Shown here one piece after another: positions 44,359-48,784 of a stretch of DNA of 48,784 nucleotides (the stretch's first letter is position 1; each line of letters opens with the position of its first letter). Below the pieces are notes generated by a model. That model made no database searches and was not told the DNA's origin. It was given only the letters and a program-made list of their open reading frames with translations. Location of the stretch: positions 1 to 48,784 of the forward strand of contig PBIV01000054.1 of the NCBI GenBank assembly GCA_002720935.1. The letters run 5' to 3'. The translations under genes were made by a program, and so were the position numbers. The DNA comes from Rickettsiales bacterium. Its GTDB lineage: Bacteria; Pseudomonadota; Alphaproteobacteria; Micavibrionales; GCA-2720935.

Positions 44359-45430
44359 CTCTTATGATTTTAAAGTTAGAATTAATGGTGTGGCTTATGA
44401 TCTTGTGAAAGGGTTTTCTTTTAGCCGAGATATGAGTTTAATGGGATCTTCATTTAAGCTTGATTTAGTTGATCCAGATCATGAAATTTTAAAAATATTT
44501 CGCCCTGGCGTAAAAGCACAAATTGAGATTGATGGGGTGGAGATTGCCCGAGCTTGGTTAGAGGTATTAAGTATCTCAGATGCAAAAGGAACGGTTTATA
44601 CTTATTCTGGCCGTGATGCATTTGCTGATCTGATCGATTGTTCTGCTGTCTTTTCTGATGGTTCATTTTCCAAAAAGAAAATCAGTTTAGAAAAAGCCAT
44701 TGCGGATTTAATTAAACCTTATGGCTTAGCGGTTAAAAAACTTGCGGATACAGGAAAGCTTTTCGATAGCGTTACAATTACGCCAGGGGAAACAGTTGCC
44801 AATGTAATTACAAGGCTTTGTAAATATAGGGCCATTTTCCCTTATTCTGATGGAGTTTCTAATCTGCTACTTGCCAAACCAAGCGATATTAAATCGGGTG
44901 GCCGTATATATGTAACGTCTGAAGAAAGTAATATTTTAACCAGAGCTGGACAAATTAGTCATGTTCAACGCTTCTCAAAAGTCACGGTTAAAGGCAGCAA
45001 CAATGGGTTGTCAGATTGGGCTTCAGCAACTCCGACACAATTATCTCAGAATGAGGGTGTCGCTTTTGATCCTGATATTAAACGACACCGTCCTTTAATT
45101 ATCCAAGCAGAAAGTGATGGTTATGATATCGATCATAAAGAGCGCGCTGTTTGGGAGGTTCGTCATCGCCGTTTTTCAGGTACGGAGATCAGTTACACTT
45201 TGCCAGGTTGGAGTTCGCAAAATGGCGATCTATGGAAGATGAATTCATTAATTGAGGTCATCGATGAGGATCTCTTTATTCATAGAAATATGTTGATTAA
45301 AGGTATTGAGCTGACCCGTGACGATGATGGAACTAAAACAAAAATCACAGTTGCCCCATCAGAGGCGTATGACATTCCAGCCACCAAGCAAGAAGATAAA
45401 GACGATGCTTTATGGGGTGGTGGCGCATGA
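44351..45430 (+). CDS. baseplate hub / tail protein (Mu gpP-like, late control D family)
   Basis: 359 aa. Called on its position after gpN. Confidence 0.7.
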   Translation: MLNSYDFKVRINGVAYDLVKGFSFSRDMSLMGSSFKLDLVDPDHEILKIFRPGVKAQIEIDGVEIARAWLEVLSISDAKGTVYTYSGRDAFADLIDCSAVFSDGSFSKKKISLEKAIADLIKPYGLAVKKLADTGKLFDSVTITPGETVANVITRLCKYRAIFPYSDGVSNLLLAKPSDIKSGGRIYVTSEESNILTRAGQISHVQRFSKVTVKGSNNGLSDWASATPTQLSQNEGVAFDPDIKRHRPLIIQAESDGYDIDHKERAVWEVRHRRFSGTEISYTLPGWSSQNGDLWKMNSLIEVIDEDLFIHRNMLIKGIELTRDDDGTKTKITVAPSEAYDIPATKQEDKDDALWGGGA

Positions 45431-45996
45431 TTAATCAAGTCGTAAACAAGCTTAAATCAATTATTATTCGTGGCAACTTAATGTCTGTTGATGACACTAA
45501 TGCGCGCCAACGATGCGGTGCAACACTACTGGCTGGCGAAAGCCATGACAGTATTGAGCGTATTCAAAGTTTTGGCTTTTCATCTGTTCCCCCAGCTGGG
45601 GCATCTGCAATATTCTCGGCTGTTGCTGCGGACCGTACAAGACTTGTTTGTCTTGGCGAAAATCATTTATCTCATCGTCCAAAAAACAACAAGGTTGGGG
45701 AAACTATAATTTATGACGCGTTTACTCAATTTATTCATTTGAAAGCGACTGGCGTTATAGAAATTTCGGCTACTGGGGATTTATTAATCACGGCCCCTGG
45801 CAGAGTGCTTATCACTAGCCCTGTTGTAGAGATGACGGGCGATCTTAAGGTTAAGGGCGACATTATTGATAGATATGAAAGCAATAGTCGCACAAGCAAT
45901 AATATGCGCGAAATATTTGATCTTCACACCCATCATGAAAATGATGCGAATGGCGAAACCAATCCTCCTACTCAAAAAATGGGAGGTGGCGTATGA
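45412..45996 (+). CDS. baseplate assembly protein V / spike (Mu gp45-like); likely start ATG 45427
   Basis: ATGA overlap at 45427-45430. The C-terminus has HTH...NG, typical of V-type spikes. Confidence 0.7.
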   Translation: MGWWRMINQVVNKLKSIIIRGNLMSVDDTNARQRCGATLLAGESHDSIERIQSFGFSSVPPAGASAIFSAVAADRTRLVCLGENHLSHRPKNNKVGETIIYDAFTQFIHLKATGVIEISATGDLLITAPGRVLITSPVVEMTGDLKVKGDIIDRYESNSRTSNNMREIFDLHTHHENDANGETNPPTQKMGGGV

Positions 45997-46466
45997 AGCT
46001 AATCCCTAATCAAGATGGTCTTTTGGATATATCAATCGGCGAGAGTGGTGGCATCGTTTCTGAAACGACAATTGAAACGGCCTTATTATCTTCACTCTTA
46101 TTAAACCGTCGTGCGGATTTAACTGATCCGTTGCCGTATGGGTATAAGGGGAAAACAGGTGCTTTGACAGATGATCGTCAAGGTTGGGTTGGCGATATAT
46201 TTGATGATAAGGGGCGTCTTGTCGGCTCAAAATTATGGTTGTTAGATCAAGAATTGGCAACCAATGAAAATCGGTTACGCGCCCATGAATATATCCGTCA
46301 AGCGACACAATGGTCGATCGATGACGGCTATGTATCCAAAATTGACATTATTGATGAATGGTCTGGCCAAGACCGTTTGAACATCAAAGTCACTTTTCAC
46401 ATGACGAATGGTCAGCGTTTTAATTTGAAGTTTAATTATGAAACGGGAGATGTATATGTCTTATGA
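45993..46466 (+). CDS. GP46-family baseplate protein (Mu gp46-like)
   Basis: 157 aa. Called on position. Confidence 0.65.
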   Translation: MKLIPNQDGLLDISIGESGGIVSETTIETALLSSLLLNRRADLTDPLPYGYKGKTGALTDDRQGWVGDIFDDKGRLVGSKLWLLDQELATNENRLRAHEYIRQATQWSIDDGYVSKIDIIDEWSGQDRLNIKVTFHMTNGQRFNLKFNYETGDVYVL

Positions 46467-47526
46467 TATTCCTACACCAAAAGAGATAAAAAGCCGTTTG
46501 AATGCAGAGGCAGCTCTTACAACAGGATCGCAACACGCATCACTTCCTGGCACAGCTGAAAATATGTACACGTCTGTTGCGACTGTTCTATCTTATGAGC
46601 TTTATAGCTTTATATCATATTTATCTCAACAGATTATACCAACAACGGCGGATACAGATTTTTTAGAGCGTCATGCGGGTTTTTATTTAAGTAATCCACG
46701 TAAACCATCTGGGAAATCCACAGGCCCCGTTGACGTTATAGGGACGAATGGCACATTAATTCCCTCTGGGTCTATCCTAGTTCGCGCTGATGGCCAGACA
46801 TATAGTTTAGATGCTGATGTGACTGTTGGTGTTGATGGCACGGCAGTTGGTAATGTTACGGCTGAAAACGCAGGCTCTTTGGCAAACACAAGCGCTGATG
46901 TTTCTCTATCATTAGAGTCAACGATTATCGGCATAACATCGATAAGCGTTAGTGATGATGGTTTATCTGGGGGAACAGAAGTCGAGAATGATACATCTGT
47001 GTTAAACAGGCTTTTAACGAATGTTCAAACGCCACCACAAGGGGGAAGTTTAAAAGATTACGAAACATGGGCAAAGGAAGTTTCAGGCGTTACACGAGCG
47101 TGGGCAAGAGAATCCGATGATGGAATTATGACGGTTCATTTAACGTTTGTAATGGATGACAAAGAAGATACCCCAATTCCAACAGCGAATGAGGTTGAAA
47201 TTGTTGAAGATTACATCTCAGGCTTAAGACCAGCTGGTGCAAGACCAGATATTAATGCCCCTGTACAATCGGCTGTTAATTTATCGATTGAGTTAAGTCC
47301 GAATACGGTTGCTGTCCAAGATGCTATAAAAGCCGAGTTAGAAGATTTCTTTTTCCGTGAAGCGACAGCTGGCGGGTCAACGCTACATTTATCAAGAATT
47401 TCTGAAGTTATTTCTGCGGGTGCTGGAGAGAACTATCACAAGTTAATTTCTCCCGTTGCAAGCCTAACGTTTGCTTTTGGAACATTGCCTGTGCTTGGCG
47501 CAATTACATGGAGTTCGCCTGCATGA
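46438..47526 (+). CDS. baseplate J-like protein (Mu gp47-like); likely start 46450 or 46456
   Basis: About 356-362 aa. Called on position. Confidence 0.75.
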   Translation: MKREMYMSYDIPTPKEIKSRLNAEAALTTGSQHASLPGTAENMYTSVATVLSYELYSFISYLSQQIIPTTADTDFLERHAGFYLSNPRKPSGKSTGPVDVIGTNGTLIPSGSILVRADGQTYSLDADVTVGVDGTAVGNVTAENAGSLANTSADVSLSLESTIIGITSISVSDDGLSGGTEVENDTSVLNRLLTNVQTPPQGGSLKDYETWAKEVSGVTRAWARESDDGIMTVHLTFVMDDKEDTPIPTANEVEIVEDYISGLRPAGARPDINAPVQSAVNLSIELSPNTVAVQDAIKAELEDFFFREATAGGSTLHLSRISEVISAGAGENYHKLISPVASLTFAFGTLPVLGAITWSSPA

Positions 47527-48167
47527 CAAGAATTAATATAACAGAACAAGATTATCTAAAAAGAGCTTTAAGCTTATTGCCCCCAGGTCAGATGGCACGG
47601 GATTTAGATAGTAACTGGGCAAAGGTTTTAAAACCTTTGGCGAGTGAGCTTGCGAAAGTTACAGAGCGTGCTGCCCGATTGTTAGAAGAAGCAGATCCCC
47701 GAACAGCTATAGAATTATTTGAAGAGTGGGAAGCGTTTGCAGGGCTGCCTGATTCCTGTACATCAACAGATTTAACATTCGGTGAGCGCCGTGATGCCCT
47801 TGTTGCCAAGTTAAGAGCAAAAAGAAATTTATCTCGCCCTTATTACAAACAGCTTGCTGAGGGGTTGGGATACGATGTTGTTATTTCTGAATATCGCCCT
47901 ATGGGCTTTGGTAATTGGGGGTTCGGGGCAAATGAAGTCTATGACGATCATGGACGATATTTTATAGGGCCTCAAACGCCAGGAAATAATTATCAATATT
48001 ACTGGGTTATCCATGTATCTGGCTCGAAATATACCCGTTTTTCTTTTGGTCGAAGTGCTTTTGGAGATCCTCTCTTGCACATAAGAACAGCCAATGATCT
48101 TGAGTGTAAATTGAGAAAATTAAAGCCCGCCGACACACATTTAACATTTATCTATGAAGAGGAGTAA
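47508..48167 (+). CDS. Mu gp48-like tail protein (DUF2313); likely start ATG 47523
   Basis: ATGA overlap at 47523-47526. Called on position before the fibre gene. Confidence 0.65.
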   Translation: MEFACMTRINITEQDYLKRALSLLPPGQMARDLDSNWAKVLKPLASELAKVTERAARLLEEADPRTAIELFEEWEAFAGLPDSCTSTDLTFGERRDALVAKLRAKRNLSRPYYKQLAEGLGYDVVISEYRPMGFGNWGFGANEVYDDHGRYFIGPQTPGNNYQYYWVIHVSGSKYTRFSFGRSAFGDPLLHIRTANDLECKLRKLKPADTHLTFIYEEE

Positions 48168-48170
48168 AAA

Positions 48171-48784
48171 ATGAAATATATACCGCCATTAAATGCCCTG
48201 CCAGGGGATGAGGAAGATGACAACAGATCATATTGGAATGCTGATCCAAGTGGTGCAAATTTACCTTTGCGTCAAGGGGCTTATCCAGATGCAAGAGGCT
48301 TTGAATCTGTTCAGCGTGAAATCTTGAATGTTATTACAGGTGCTGGGATTACACCTGATGAGAACGACTTGACCCAGTTATTTGATGCAGTCCAAGCCCT
48401 TGGCGGTTTCGATGTGGTTTCGCCAACGACGGAAACTGATATAAGTGATGGGGACTTTATGGCTTTTGCCGATGTTAGTGCTGCCAATGCCAATAAGAAA
48501 ATCACTTTCTTAAACCTTTTAGGCAAAATTATCCCGAGAATTTTGATTAAGGATTACACTAATCAAGAAACTTTGAATGATGCCGATTATGTTCCTTTTG
48601 AAGATGTTAGTAACAGTAATGCAAACCGCAAGGTTACTCTAGCTGCTTTAAAGGCTTTTATTGTGTCAGGTGTTACAACGCCCGATGCAACAACGACAAC
48701 CAAGGGTAAAGTTGAATTAGCGACGGATGCTGAAGTAAAAAATGAAACAGCAAGTAAAGTGTTAACAGCTGATCAAATTAAATA
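48171..48784 (+). CDS. tail fibre protein, 5' part (runs off the window end)
   Basis: ATG at 48171 follows GAGGAG. The frame stays open for 204 codons to the window end. It contains TTTKGKVELATDAEVKNETASKVLTADQI, a fibre-type motif. It is absent from the ORF track because it has no stop codon. Confidence 0.75.
   Translation, partial: MKYIPPLNALPGDEEDDNRSYWNADPSGANLPLRQGAYPDARGFESVQREILNVITGAGITPDENDLTQLFDAVQALGGFDVVSPTTETDISDGDFMAFADVSAANANKKITFLNLLGKIIPRILIKDYTNQETLNDADYVPFEDVSNSNANRKVTLAALKAFIVSGVTTPDATTTTKGKVELATDAEVKNETASKVLTADQIK

Larger units (their letters stand above)
17624..48784 (+). mobile_element. Mu-like transposable prophage, left end to tail fibre; right end beyond the window
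   Basis: Mu gene order c, ner, A, B, early genes, gemA, mor, lysis, terminase, portal, F, I, T, sheath, tube, tape measure, N, P, gp45-48, fibre. The exact left end is not proven. Confidence 0.9.

Noticed and set aside
1-48784. Search for CRISPR arrays, rRNA and tRNA/tmRNA genes
   Set aside because: I saw no regularly spaced direct repeats with unique spacers. I found no T-arm/acceptor pattern (GGTTCGAATCC-like) anywhere, including next to the integrase. I found no rRNA-like conserved blocks.

Overview
No database or folding tools were run, so all family calls come from motif reading and gene order. This AT-rich, proteobacterial-type window falls into three blocks.

(1) 1-1.9 kb holds the 3' part of a hybrid histidine kinase (HATPase_c, two receiver domains, HPt). 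Its N-terminus is closed by stop codons in frame.

(2) About 2.0-17.6 kb is a very AT-rich accessory or defence island. It contains:
- an IS6-family transposase remnant;
- an XRE-controlled glycosyltransferase and acyltransferase pair with two perfect palindromic operators;
- a three-gene Lamassu / ABC-three-component-like operon (Cap4-type nuclease, small middle protein, SMC-like ATPase with a CxxC zinc hook);
- an unclassified module: a CGNR-like zinc-ribbon protein, a GC-rich structured RNA ending in a terminator, and a 4-TM coiled-coil protein;
- AlpA plus a winged-helix gene split at a G8 run;
- a roughly 1365-codon STAND-type NTPase with C-terminal TM helices, interrupted by one in-frame TAG;
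- a P4-type tyrosine integrase.

(3) 17.6-48.8 kb is a Mu-like transposable prophage. It runs from a candidate left end through repressor/ner, the MuA- and MuB-like transposition genes, early genes, mor, the lysis cassette, terminase, portal, MuF, protease/scaffold, capsid, sheath/tube, tape measure and baseplate to a partial tail fibre. The right end lies outside the window.

I found no rRNA, tRNA or CRISPR array. The best candidate for something undescribed is the 9.3-11.0 kb protein-RNA-membrane protein module. The interrupted TM-tailed STAND gene and the Lamassu-like operon are the other defence-type loci.
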